Below the pieces are notes generated by a model that did no database searches, was not told where the DNA came from, and saw only the letters and a list, made by a program, of their open reading frames with translations. The position numbers and the translations under genes were made by a program. DNA of 26,381 nt from a virus (lineage: Duplodnaviria; Caudoviricetes), in the IMG/VR virus record IMGVR_UViG_3300048030_000249, positions 1 to 26,381 of that record; one strand, given 5' to 3'. Below, in pieces: positions 9,455-20,500 of this stretch. Within the stretch, counting starts at the first letter, position 1. Each line of letters opens with the position of its first letter.

Positions 9455-12400
9455 GTGTCTAAGAATCATACTTTAAAGGAGAGACTCTCATACAGACTTC
9501 CTTCATTACTTCCCGAGTACTTGAAGTCAGAAGCACCTGCATTTGAATCATTTCTTAAAGCATATTTTGAATTCTTAGAAGCAGAAGTATTAACTTTAAC
9601 AGAACAGGGCGATTTAGATGGTATCGCAAACGAAGACGGTACGGGTTCTATTTTTTTAGAAACTGCTACCGTCTCACCATCTCCCGATAAAGACACATCA
9701 AAAATTATTTTTGAACAGACTGCAACAAATAGAAATGCAAGTGCAGACCCCTTTACTATTGGGGAGTATGTTGTTGGTTCAAAAAGTAAATCAGTTGCAA
9801 AGGTAGAAGTTATCAACGGTAATGTACTTTACCTAAAATCAGTTTCTGGCAATGGGTTTTCAAAAGGAGAACTCGTAACTGGAAGAGATTCTAATCAAAC
9901 AGGAACAGTTGGTTCTTATAAAGAGAACTCTATACTTGCAAACAACAGATTATTGGACTATTCAGATATTGATGAAACAACAGAGGAGTTCTTACAGTAT
10001 TTCCAAAAAGACTTCATGCCATCAATTGACCTTGCAACTTTACAGAATAGTCGTCTAACAATTAAAAACATAACAGACCTTTATAAGAAGAAAGGTACTG
10101 GTGAGTCATTACAATTCTTAATGAGACTCTTGTATGCACAAGATGCCGAGATAAGATATCCAATCAATGAGACGATTCATGTAAGTGAGTCAGGTTATTC
10201 TCAACAAAGAAGAATGAGAATATCAATGACTTCAGGAATACCCGAAGCAAATGATAAGATAACACAATATGCACTTGATGGTAAAACCATTGTTGCACAA
10301 GCAATTATTGAAAATGTGTATACTGATAATTCAGAAACAGGATTATACTCATTAGAAATAATAAACAATCATGTAGGAGAATTTACTAAAGGTTCTAGTG
10401 TTACTATTTTAGATAGAGATGGAATAACAGCACTTACTGCAACAGTCAATGGTATTATATCTGATATTACAGTTGGGTCTTCTACCTATGTTGCACATAA
10501 TGACAATGGAGATATCTTATTAGAAGATGGATACGGACTATTATATGAAACAAAATCAAAACCTTTCGGTTCATTATATACATTAAACGATAAGATAAAC
10601 ATTGTTGGTGGTAAAGCAGATACAGACACTACAGAATGTCTATCAGTTGTCAATGGTTTACATGAGGGTGGAATTACAGAAATCCTGATTGAAAATTCAG
10701 GTGATGATTATTCTGCAGGTGATTTAATAATATTTGAAGGTGGACAGGGTTTCGGTGGAGAAGCAATCATAGGTTCAATCAACGACACTATTCTACTTGA
10801 ACAAGGAACTAAAGACCAAAACAAACCAGCAGTTACCGAATGGGAGTTTACTGCAACTTCAGGACAAACAGTATTTGGAGGGCCAAGTGTAGTTGACGAT
10901 AAAGGAGACTTAGTATTTTTTAACGACAGTGCAATACAAGTGTTTGTAGATGGTTTAGAGATGACTAGAACTACAGAGTTCACATCTAAAAATGACAGAG
11001 TAACTTTAGTGTCTGCTCTAAATGCAGGTCAAGTACTAAACATATACACCGAGTTTAATAACATAGTGTATGAAGATGGTAGTATTATCAATCATGAAAC
11101 TGCAACAGGTGAAATTAAGAGTATTAAAATTACTTCAGGTGGTCAATACACTTCAATACCTAAAGTATTTCCAGGCGGATACATTTACTTCGATGACCTA
11201 TCAGGGTTCTTAGTTGGAGAGAGTGTAACTGGTGGAACTTCAAATGCCACTGGTATTATTTCTAGTATTGATACAAAGAATAAAAGACTAGTAGTTAAAA
11301 GACTACCAACGGATACTGGTGCATTCCAAAACTTAGAATTAATTACAGGTGGAAGTTCAGAGACAGAAAGAAACAATACACAAGTAAATATCACAAGTGG
11401 TTCAGGTGCATTGATGTATGCATTCTCGGATACTATTGGTGGTATCTCTTCTATCAACATACAAGACCAAGGTAATATGTTTGATGCAAACGGAGTTGTA
11501 TCAACATCATCACATCACCCAATGGTTATCAGTACACCTAGTGCAACACTTACACGAGATTTAACATTTACAGGAGTGCTATCAGGGTCTACAGCAAAGG
11601 TTGTTTCGTATGATATTGATAGACACATCTTGACATATACTTCTTTAGAAGGAGATTTCTTTGAAAATGAAGTTGTTACATTCAACTCTACTGATTCATT
11701 CAAAGTATTGAAGAGTAATAAGTTTGATGGACAAGGACTATTTAACGGTGAGGGTATAATCGAAGAACAGATGGTTGGAGATTATGGAACGATAGATGCG
11801 AGTGCTTCAAGAGTTCAAGATGGTAAATTCTATCAGACTCACTCATATGTTGTCAAGGTTGGAGAGTCAATTAACAAGTGGAGAGGTATCGTTAAGGATT
11901 TACTTCACCCTGCAGGACACATCTTCTTTGGTGAGGTTGCAATCAAAAATACAATTGATACAACTGTAGAAGACCAAGTAAGATTTAGACCAACAGTTAT
12001 TATACCAACAAATGCTGTGTTAGGTGTTCCAACTCCATTCACAAACTCTATGAGAGAGATAGAGATTTATACACTATCTTCTGAAATAGACCCAGTTACA
12101 ATTGCAGAACTAAAAGATGCAGGTGTTCCAAATGTAGGAACAGACCCAAGAACAGGTGGTTCAATAACAGAACCTTATACTGAATATGGAGACTCATCTC
12201 ATAGAAACAGACATTTCAATATCAATATCATTCAGTCCCATGCTCTTGGAACAACACAAGTCGGAATGCATTCACATGATGGCATACCTACAGTTCTTTC
12301 ATTAGATTCTGCAGATAATGGATATCTAGTTAGAAGTACGGAGAGAAGACCATCAAACAAAGGTAAAATATTTCAAGTATGGGAAGCAGGTGAAGAGACC

Positions 12401-12979
12401 CTACTTATGGAAGATGGTTCATTGATAGAATTAGAAGATATTCCAAACTATCTGAAGTTTGAACCTAGGTTAACTGAAAATGTTTACTTCCAAGGAACTG
12501 AAGGTGAGAGAATCATTACAGAAGACGGAGTGGATATAATTAACTTAGAAGATGCAAGTGTTCCTGTTCACCATGTGGGTTATTTTGTTTCAGAAAGAAA
12601 CACACAAATTGATGGTGGCATATACTTCGAAGATGGGGATAGAATAATAAGTGAAGATTCAACTGCATTTATGCAAGAAGGATTATCAGAAAGTGGTATC
12701 TCATCTTTTGTGCCTTTTGGTTCGACTTATAGAACCCTAAATACAATTACAGGACAACGAGTTTATGACATATCATATTATCTTAAAGATGAGACTGATG
12801 CAGATGACTTATTATTAGAAGATGGAACTGGAAATGTGTTAAGTGAAGAATCAAATCCCGAAGGGCTACGAATTTCAGACTTAGACACCTATTTCCCAAA
12901 TCATTACATGAGTGAATTTGACTCTCATGCAAGAAAAAGAACAAATATAACATTTAGTGCATATATAAAGTCTGCATAG
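9455..12979 (+). CDS. 7: Baseplate wedge initiator (T4 gp7-like)
   Basis: 1174 aa with a GTG start and AAGGA upstream. Motifs F..FLKAYFEFLE, IKNI.DLY.KKGT.ESL.FL.RLLY and QD..FYQ.HSYVVK..ESI.KW...VK.LLHPAG..FFG. Lies between gp6 and gp8. Confidence 0.8.
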   Translation: MSKNHTLKERLSYRLPSLLPEYLKSEAPAFESFLKAYFEFLEAEVLTLTEQGDLDGIANEDGTGSIFLETATVSPSPDKDTSKIIFEQTATNRNASADPFTIGEYVVGSKSKSVAKVEVINGNVLYLKSVSGNGFSKGELVTGRDSNQTGTVGSYKENSILANNRLLDYSDIDETTEEFLQYFQKDFMPSIDLATLQNSRLTIKNITDLYKKKGTGESLQFLMRLLYAQDAEIRYPINETIHVSESGYSQQRRMRISMTSGIPEANDKITQYALDGKTIVAQAIIENVYTDNSETGLYSLEIINNHVGEFTKGSSVTILDRDGITALTATVNGIISDITVGSSTYVAHNDNGDILLEDGYGLLYETKSKPFGSLYTLNDKINIVGGKADTDTTECLSVVNGLHEGGITEILIENSGDDYSAGDLIIFEGGQGFGGEAIIGSINDTILLEQGTKDQNKPAVTEWEFTATSGQTVFGGPSVVDDKGDLVFFNDSAIQVFVDGLEMTRTTEFTSKNDRVTLVSALNAGQVLNIYTEFNNIVYEDGSIINHETATGEIKSIKITSGGQYTSIPKVFPGGYIYFDDLSGFLVGESVTGGTSNATGIISSIDTKNKRLVVKRLPTDTGAFQNLELITGGSSETERNNTQVNITSGSGALMYAFSDTIGGISSINIQDQGNMFDANGVVSTSSHHPMVISTPSATLTRDLTFTGVLSGSTAKVVSYDIDRHILTYTSLEGDFFENEVVTFNSTDSFKVLKSNKFDGQGLFNGEGIIEEQMVGDYGTIDASASRVQDGKFYQTHSYVVKVGESINKWRGIVKDLLHPAGHIFFGEVAIKNTIDTTVEDQVRFRPTVIIPTNAVLGVPTPFTNSMREIEIYTLSSEIDPVTIAELKDAGVPNVGTDPRTGGSITEPYTEYGDSSHRNRHFNINIIQSHALGTTQVGMHSHDGIPTVLSLDSADNGYLVRSTERRPSNKGKIFQVWEAGEETLLMEDGSLIELEDIPNYLKFEPRLTENVYFQGTEGERIITEDGVDIINLEDASVPVHHVGYFVSERNTQIDGGIYFEDGDRIISEDSTAFMQEGLSESGISSFVPFGSTYRTLNTITGQRVYDISYYLKDETDADDLLLEDGTGNVLSEESNPEGLRISDLDTYFPNHYMSEFDSHARKRTNITFSAYIKSA

Positions 12980-12982
12980 TGT

Positions 12983-12990
12983 TATAAATA
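12983..12990 (+). promoter_or_regulatory. T4-type late promoter (TATAAATA) for gp8
   Basis: Intergenic TATAAATAGTATTA, followed by an AGGAG SD and the ATG at 13019. Confidence 0.8.
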
Positions 12991-13018
12991 GTATTACAAA
13001 TAATCGTAGGAGATTAAA

Positions 13019-14479
13019 ATGGCAGCAATTATTACCGAAAAGTTTAGAATCCATAATGCTAAACAATTCAAAGAAGATTTTGGAGAGAGTGCCTCTTCAT
13101 CATATATATTCATAGGTCGTCCATATCCATGGGCAGATGACACATCCCCACCTTCACCTGCAAATGCAGTTGGAGAAGAGATAGATTCATATTCTGATAT
13201 GTTAGCATTGAAGAAAGTTGGTTCTTCAGATGTATCTCATGGGTTGACAAGATATGATTGGGACTCAACAGGAAGTACTAAGTACGATGAGTATGCACAT
13301 GACTATAGTGCAAGTAACACTTCTCCTGCAACATCATCAAACAATCTTTACGATTCAAGATTCTTTGTTATAACAGACGAGTATCATGTATACAAGTGTA
13401 TCAGAACAGGAAGAAATTCTTCAGGTGTTGTTGTTAACTCAACAGTTAAACCAACTGGAACTTCTGCAACTGCATTAGTAGAGACTTCAGATACAGGTGC
13501 AGCTACAGGACGTGGTTATATATGGAAATACATGTATACTGTTTCTGCTTCAGAGACAATCAAATTTGTAACAAACGACTTTATACCAGTTAAAACAATT
13601 GGTGCTCAAACAGAAATTGATGGTACTTCGGGTGCATTAGGAACTGCTGCTTCTGATGACGGAACATCACAATGGGATGTTGAGAACTCTGCAGTGGACG
13701 GAGGAATTCACCATGTAGTAGTAACAGCAGGTGGTTCAAGTTATAACGATGGAACATATACTTCAGTTGCAATAGACGGAGATGGTTCAAGTGGTGTATG
13801 TACAGTGGTTGTATCTTCAGGTGCAATTTCACATGTAAACATAACTGCTGCAGGAACTGGATACAAACGTGCATCAATTGATATTGCAAATATATCAGGT
13901 ATTGGTTCAGGTAGTGGTGGGGTTGCAAAACCTATTATATCACCACTAATCGGACACGGTGCAGACCCAATCCAAGAACTTGGTGGAAACTATGTAATCG
14001 TTAACTCTAGATTAGAGTTCGGTGAAGGTTCAGGTGATTTCCCAACAGATAATGATTTCAGAAGAATCGGACTTTTACAAGACCCATTCAATGCTGGTAC
14101 AACAACTGTATCAACATCTCCAACATTAGCTGCATACCATAAAATGACACTTTCAAGTGTTAGTGGTCTTAGTGTTGATGACATTATTTTAAATGCAAAC
14201 TCAAACGGAAATGGAGTTGCAGTATCAAGAGTTATCTCAATCACTGGTAATGTCGTATCTCATATTCCTCAAGCAAATAGTGAGGGTGGATATGTAAACT
14301 TTGTTAGTTCAAACACTGTATATGTTGGTAATACAACAATAGGAACTATCTCAGCAGTCGATGCTTCTTTCCCTGAAGTTGAAAAATATTCAGGTCAAGT
14401 GATGTATGTTGAGAATAGAGGTGCAGTAACAAGAGCTGCAGACCAAATAGAAGATATTAAATTAATCATTGAAATGTAA
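13019..14479 (+). CDS. 8: Baseplate wedge subunit (T4 gp8-like)
   Basis: 486 aa. Motifs MAAIITEKFRIHNAKQF, YIFIGRP.PW, VYKCI, GYIWKYMYT, FVTNDFIPV, GHGADP..ELG, NDFRRIGL..DP and C-terminal YVENR..V.RA.DQIEDIKLIIE. Confidence 0.92.
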   Translation: MAAIITEKFRIHNAKQFKEDFGESASSSYIFIGRPYPWADDTSPPSPANAVGEEIDSYSDMLALKKVGSSDVSHGLTRYDWDSTGSTKYDEYAHDYSASNTSPATSSNNLYDSRFFVITDEYHVYKCIRTGRNSSGVVVNSTVKPTGTSATALVETSDTGAATGRGYIWKYMYTVSASETIKFVTNDFIPVKTIGAQTEIDGTSGALGTAASDDGTSQWDVENSAVDGGIHHVVVTAGGSSYNDGTYTSVAIDGDGSSGVCTVVVSSGAISHVNITAAGTGYKRASIDIANISGIGSGSGGVAKPIISPLIGHGADPIQELGGNYVIVNSRLEFGEGSGDFPTDNDFRRIGLLQDPFNAGTTTVSTSPTLAAYHKMTLSSVSGLSVDDIILNANSNGNGVAVSRVISITGNVVSHIPQANSEGGYVNFVSSNTVYVGNTTIGTISAVDASFPEVEKYSGQVMYVENRGAVTRAADQIEDIKLIIEM

Positions 14480-14483
14480 TCAT

Positions 14484-14499
14484 GAGGGGTCAACCCCTC
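14484..14499 (+). other. GC-rich hairpin after gp8 (stabiliser or weak terminator)
   Basis: GAGGGG-TCAA-CCCCTC, extendable by AATGTA/TACATT. No U-tract follows. Confidence 0.5.
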
Positions 14500-14531
14500 T
14501 ACATTCAATATTATAAACAAGTTAGGAAACT

Positions 14532-17500
14532 ATGGCTGAAAAAACTGATTTAAATGTATCCCCATATTACGATGATTACAGTGAAGATAAAAATTTTCAC
14601 AAGGTATTATACCGTGCAGGTAGGGCTCTACAATCTAGAGAATTAATCCAATCACAATCTATATTACAAAATCAGATTGAAAGATTTGGTGGTCATATGT
14701 TTAAAGAGGGTTCTATTGTTCAAGGAGCTCAGACTGATATTAACATGGAATTATACTATGTTAAAGTTGACTCTGCAAATCCAAATTCACTAGGTGATAC
14801 AAATGCAGAAACTTATAGACAATCATTCCACGGAAAATTTCTTAAAGGTAAAACAACAGGAGTTGTTGCAAAGGTTATAACTTCATCTGCAGAAACTACA
14901 GACGATTCTTTAACACTATTTGTTAAATACCAATCACAAGGAACAGACACATCAAACTCATTCACATTCAGTTCTGCAGAAGAGTTGCAGGAAGTAACTG
15001 TAGATGGAGATGGTGTTGTTGCACTTAATACAACTAACTATAATGAGTTTACAGTTGGAACAGAAACAACAATCAATAGTGTTAATGGACTAGCATCTAT
15101 TGCAAATATATCAGAAGGTGTTGTATTCATAAGAGGATTCTTTATTAAAGTTCCTGCACAAGAGTTAATACTAGAAAAGTATAGTGGGAGACCTTCATAT
15201 AGAGTTGGTTTAACTATTGTTGAATCTGCAATCAATTCAGCAACAGATGATTCATTAAATGATAATGCAACAGGAACTACTAATGAGAATGCGCCAGGTG
15301 GTGATAGATTATCAATTGCATTAACATTAAGTAAGTATGCACTTACTACTACTGATGACTCAGACTTTGTTGAAACAATGAGAGTTAACAATGGTATTAT
15401 TGAATTAGAAGTCAATAGACCAATGTACAATGAAATAGAAAACACACTTGCTAGAAGAACATTCGATGCAAATGGTGATTTTGTTGTAAACCAATTTACA
15501 CATAGTTTAAGAGAACATTTAGACGATAGTACTAATAGAGGTTTTTATGCATCTTCCCAAGGTGGAGATGAAAGTCAATTTGTAATGCAAGTATCGCCAG
15601 GCAAAGCATATGTTAAAGGTTATGAGATTGATAAAGTTGGAACTACAACAATTCCTTTCTCAAAGGCAAGAACTACAGTTTCTTTAGATAATGCAAATAC
15701 ACCTATCAGATTAGGAAATAAATTAAAAGTTAAGAACATTCATTCATTACCCGAATTTGGTAATGAAGCAGGAGACGATGCAATGTCTCCATTTGCACCA
15801 TGTGAATTATGGAACACATCTATATCTTCAGCAGGTACAAAACCAACAACATTACAAATTGGAACTGCAAGAGTAAGAAACATTGATTTGGACAGTGGTT
15901 CAGATTCAGGTGATGTTTACACAAATGCATCCGTATTTAACTTGTATATGTTTGACATCAAAATGTTCACTAGAATTAGTGGTACATTAAGTGGAACATT
16001 TAGTACTGGAGATAGAGTTGTTTCTAGTAGTGGTGCAACTGCAATCGTATCACACACTGATGGTGCTGAATTGTTTGTACATGATGTTGTAGGAACATTT
16101 GTGATTGGGAATTCAATAACAACAGAAGGTGTAACTTCAGGTACAACAACAGTAACTGCAGTTAGGTCTTACAATGTTGACCGTGCAAGGTCAATTACAC
16201 AAACAGCAAAAAACACAAACAGAGAAATATTCACTGCAGACTTAGTTGCAGATTCGGACAAAACACTAACAGGTTCTTTAACTATGACTACAGGTGGTAC
16301 TGGAGTAACTGGTTTTGGAACTAAGTACTTGTCTGAATTAAAAGAAGGTGATATCATTGTCGACCAAGCAGGTAATGAGAATGTTGTTGCATCAGTTACC
16401 GATGATTTAAGTTTAACATTAACAGGTAATGGTTCAACTGCATTTAGTGGAAATGCAACAAGACGAAGAGTCAGAATCTTTGACCAAGACCAAACTGCTG
16501 CAATATCATCATGGCCGAGAGATTGGATATCATCACATACTGCAGAGTCTATTCAAGTAAGAAGACAAGAAGTTGTAACTGTTGCATCTAACGAAGTCCA
16601 GTTATCAACTGGTTCAAATGGTGTATTCGGTGCAAAGAATACTGATAACTTTACAATTGCAGTTATAGAAGCTGCAACAGGTTATGCACAAGGAGACCTT
16701 CTAAACATAGAAGACTTTGGTGGTTCACCACAATCTTCAGGTTCGGGTCAAACATTAACATTGACAGGATTTGATTCTGCTGACAATGGTGCAGTTCTAA
16801 GAGTTACTTCTACTATCACGATTACCGACCCAGTCAATAGAGACAAAACAATAAGACATGCAAGACTACTTAAAGTTGGTTCTGCAAGAAGTGCTGGTGG
16901 AAAATATGGTACTGCATATGACGATAGAGAAATATCGTTAGGTGTTGCAGATGCATTTAAAATCAGAGGAATCTATGAGGGAGTTGGAGGAACAACACCT
17001 CTACCACCTAGTGCAACATTTACAGTGTCTAGTGGGACATTCGTAAACTATGAAAAATTTATTGGACAAACATCTAATGCACATGGTATAATAATAACAA
17101 CAGGTGGAACAACATACTTCTATTATGTATCAGGAACATTTGTAGATGCAGAAACAGTTGTTGGTCAAACATCTAAATCAGTTGCAACATTAAGCAATGT
17201 ATCTCAAGGTTCATCAAACATAACATCTAGATATTTCTTTGACAATGGTCAGAGAGACGGTTTCTATGACTTAGGAAAACTTACACTTAAGACTGGTTCT
17301 GCTAAACCTTCAAATCCTATATTGATTTGTTTCGATTACTTTACACCGTCAGGAAGTGGAGACTTTTTTGATGTTGAATCATATGCATCAATAGACTATA
17401 GAGACATTCCAGTCTACTCACCAAATAAAGTGGACTTAGGTGGATTAGAGCCCGATGGAACATTTGAACTTTCAGATTCACTAGACTTCAGACCAGTTTG

Positions 17501-20500
17501 TGGTCAGATACTTGGTACATCTACATTCGGTAGTAATAATGCACAAGACCCAACAAATCCAGTAAACTTATCAACAGATGCTCAATTTGCACCGTTTGGT
17601 TATACTACTGGTAGAAACTTTGAAGGAAGTAGAACAGGTATTTCTTCAACTGGTGCTAATGCAACAGACACACCCGTTACTGGTTCAAGTTTTGTTGGAG
17701 ACATCTCATTCTATGTTGGAAGATACGATAAAGTATTCTTACATAAGTCAGGGTCATTCCAAACTTCAGTTGGAACACCAAGTCTAACTCCTTCTAAACC
17801 AAAGGGTGTTGATGAATCAATAGAGTTGTTTGAACTTTATGTTCCACCATATACTTTAAATCTTTCTAACATAAGAGTTAGGTCTCAAGACCATAGAAGA
17901 TTTACAATGAAAGATGTAGCAAGAATTAATAACAGAGTTACAAACTTAGAAAGAATTACTTCTTTATCTTTATTGGAGAAAGACACTCAAACAAAACAAA
18001 TAATAGATGAAGACGGACTAGACAGATTTAAGTCAGGTTTCTTAGTAGACAACTTCAGAGGACATAGAGTTGGAGATGTAAATCATCCCGATTATAATGT
18101 TGCTATAGATACTAAACTAGGTGCAATGAGACCTAAATCATATCAACAGTTCTTTGACATATCTTTGAATACTGCAACGTCATCTAGTTATACTAAGACT
18201 GGAGATTTGATAACACTACCATTTAGTGAATCATCTTTTGTCAATCAAGATAAAGCATCTAGAACAATCAATGTAAACCCATATAATGTCTTTGCATTTA
18301 TAGGAAACATCAAGTTAACGCCAGGCACAGATGTCTGGCAAGATACAGACCAACTACCCGAAGTAAGAATTAACAGGGAAGGAAACTTCGATGCAATTCA
18401 AGCATTAAATGAAAATGCACTTGGAACAGTTTGGAACTCATGGCAAACAACATGGGTTGGAGAACCTGCACAGGTTTCATCAGAGGTTGAATCAACTTCT
18501 AATGGTTCATGGAGTGGAGACCCAACACAAGGTGGTGAATGGGTTGCTGGACAACAAATAACAAGAGAGATTACAGAAACTGTTGAAACACAAACAAGAA
18601 CTGGTGTTACAACAAGTGTAGTCGAAGACTTTGTAGAAACAAGAAATGACAGAGTTGTAAGTGTAACACTTATACCATTCATGCGTGCTAGAACAATTGA
18701 GATTGATGCAGATAACTTAAAACCAAATACAAACCACTATGTGTTCTTTGATAACATGAGAGTGGATGAATACACTAGACCATTTAGTGCAACGTATTCA
18801 CAAGATGGTGGAGTAACAGCAACATCATTCTTAAAAACAGATGGAAATGGAAGACTTCGTGCATACTTTGATTTACCAAATACAGATAAACAAAGATTCC
18901 CAACAGGAATGAGAGAAGTTAAGATAACTTCAAGTTTCTATAATTTAAGTAATCCACCTTCAAGTGGAACTGAAATATATCAAGCACAAGGATTACTACA
19001 ATCTTCACAAACAGAAGTAGTATCTACAAGAAATGCAAGAGTTATAACTGGTTCTACAACTGGTGACAGAACAATAACAAGAAGGGGTGAGATATTGAAT
19101 ACTGAAGTATTTGATGATGTTGCACCTATTATACCTATTGATATTATTCCACCAGTAATAATAGACCCACCTATTGTGTCTCCATTATTACCTCCAGTTG
19201 TTCTTCCACCATTACCGATTGAACCACCATTACCTCCATTTATAGGTATTGGTAGAAGAAGAAGGTTCGAAGATTTCGAAATGAGATTTGACTTGGAAGA
19301 TTTGGAGCCAAGATGGAGAGACCCTCTTGCACAATCATTCATGGTAGAATCAAACGGTGGTATGTTTGTATCTTCAATAGATGTATTCTTTGAGACAAAG
19401 GATGCAACATTGCCTGTATCTGTAGAAATCAGAAACATGGTAAACGGATATCCTGGCCAGCTGGTCATGCCATTCTCTATTGCAACTAAAACACCTTCAC
19501 AAGTTAACACTTCAACAGATGGTTCAGTTGCAACAACATTTACATTTGATTCACCAGTGTATCTAAAACAAAACCAAGAGATGTGTTTTGTTGTATACTC
19601 AAACTCAAATGAATATAATGTGTTCATATCTAGAATGGGTGAAACAGACCTTGCAACAGGACAGACAATTGCAGGACAACCATATGCTGGTTCATTATTC
19701 ATGTCTCAAAATGCATCTACATGGACTGCAGAACAGACTGATGATTTGAAATTCAATCTTAAGAAGTGTAAATTCGATATTACTAAGACACCACTTCTTA
19801 AATTTGATAACGATACATTACCAGTTCATACATTACAGAACAATCCAATCGAAACATTTAGTGGACAAAACTATGTAAGAGTGATAAACTATCTACATGG
19901 AATGTATACCACATCATCCAACACGACTGTAGCAAGTGTAGTTGGAGATAAACAGGGGTCTGTATTAACTATTGGAACACCAGTAGTTTCAGGAACACCT
20001 GCAAACGGAACTTATACTAATGTTGCAACTACTACTACTGGAAGTGGAGTAGGATGTACGGTTGATGTTATTGTTACAGATAGTGCTGTATCATCATGTG
20101 TTATTAGTGGAACTGGAAGTAATTATACTGAATCAGATTCATTAACTATAACAAACTTTGATGGTGGAACTACAGATGCAACTATTGCTATCGACTCTAT
20201 TGGTGAGACACTAGGTGGTATTCCAGTAAGTGCTATCAATTCAACATTTACTGCAATTTCAAATATTGCTATCGACTCATTTACAGTGATTCCCGATTTA
20301 TCAGCATTCGATTTAAAAGCAGGATATGTTGCAGATAATAGTACACTAGGTGGTGGAAGTGTTGCAACTGCATCAAGAGATTACTACTTTGATTCATTAC
20401 ATACAATGATTCCAAGCACACAAGTTGAGGGAACAAGAATTGTATCTTCAGTAAACTTGACTCCTGCAACTTCACCCGAAGGATACATAAATGGAACTGC

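Noticed and set aside
18980-19702. 240-aa minus-strand ORF and the other short antisense ORFs inside the structural genes
   Set aside because: They lie opposite well-supported genes and show no recognisable motifs. They are expected from the codon bias of the sense strand.
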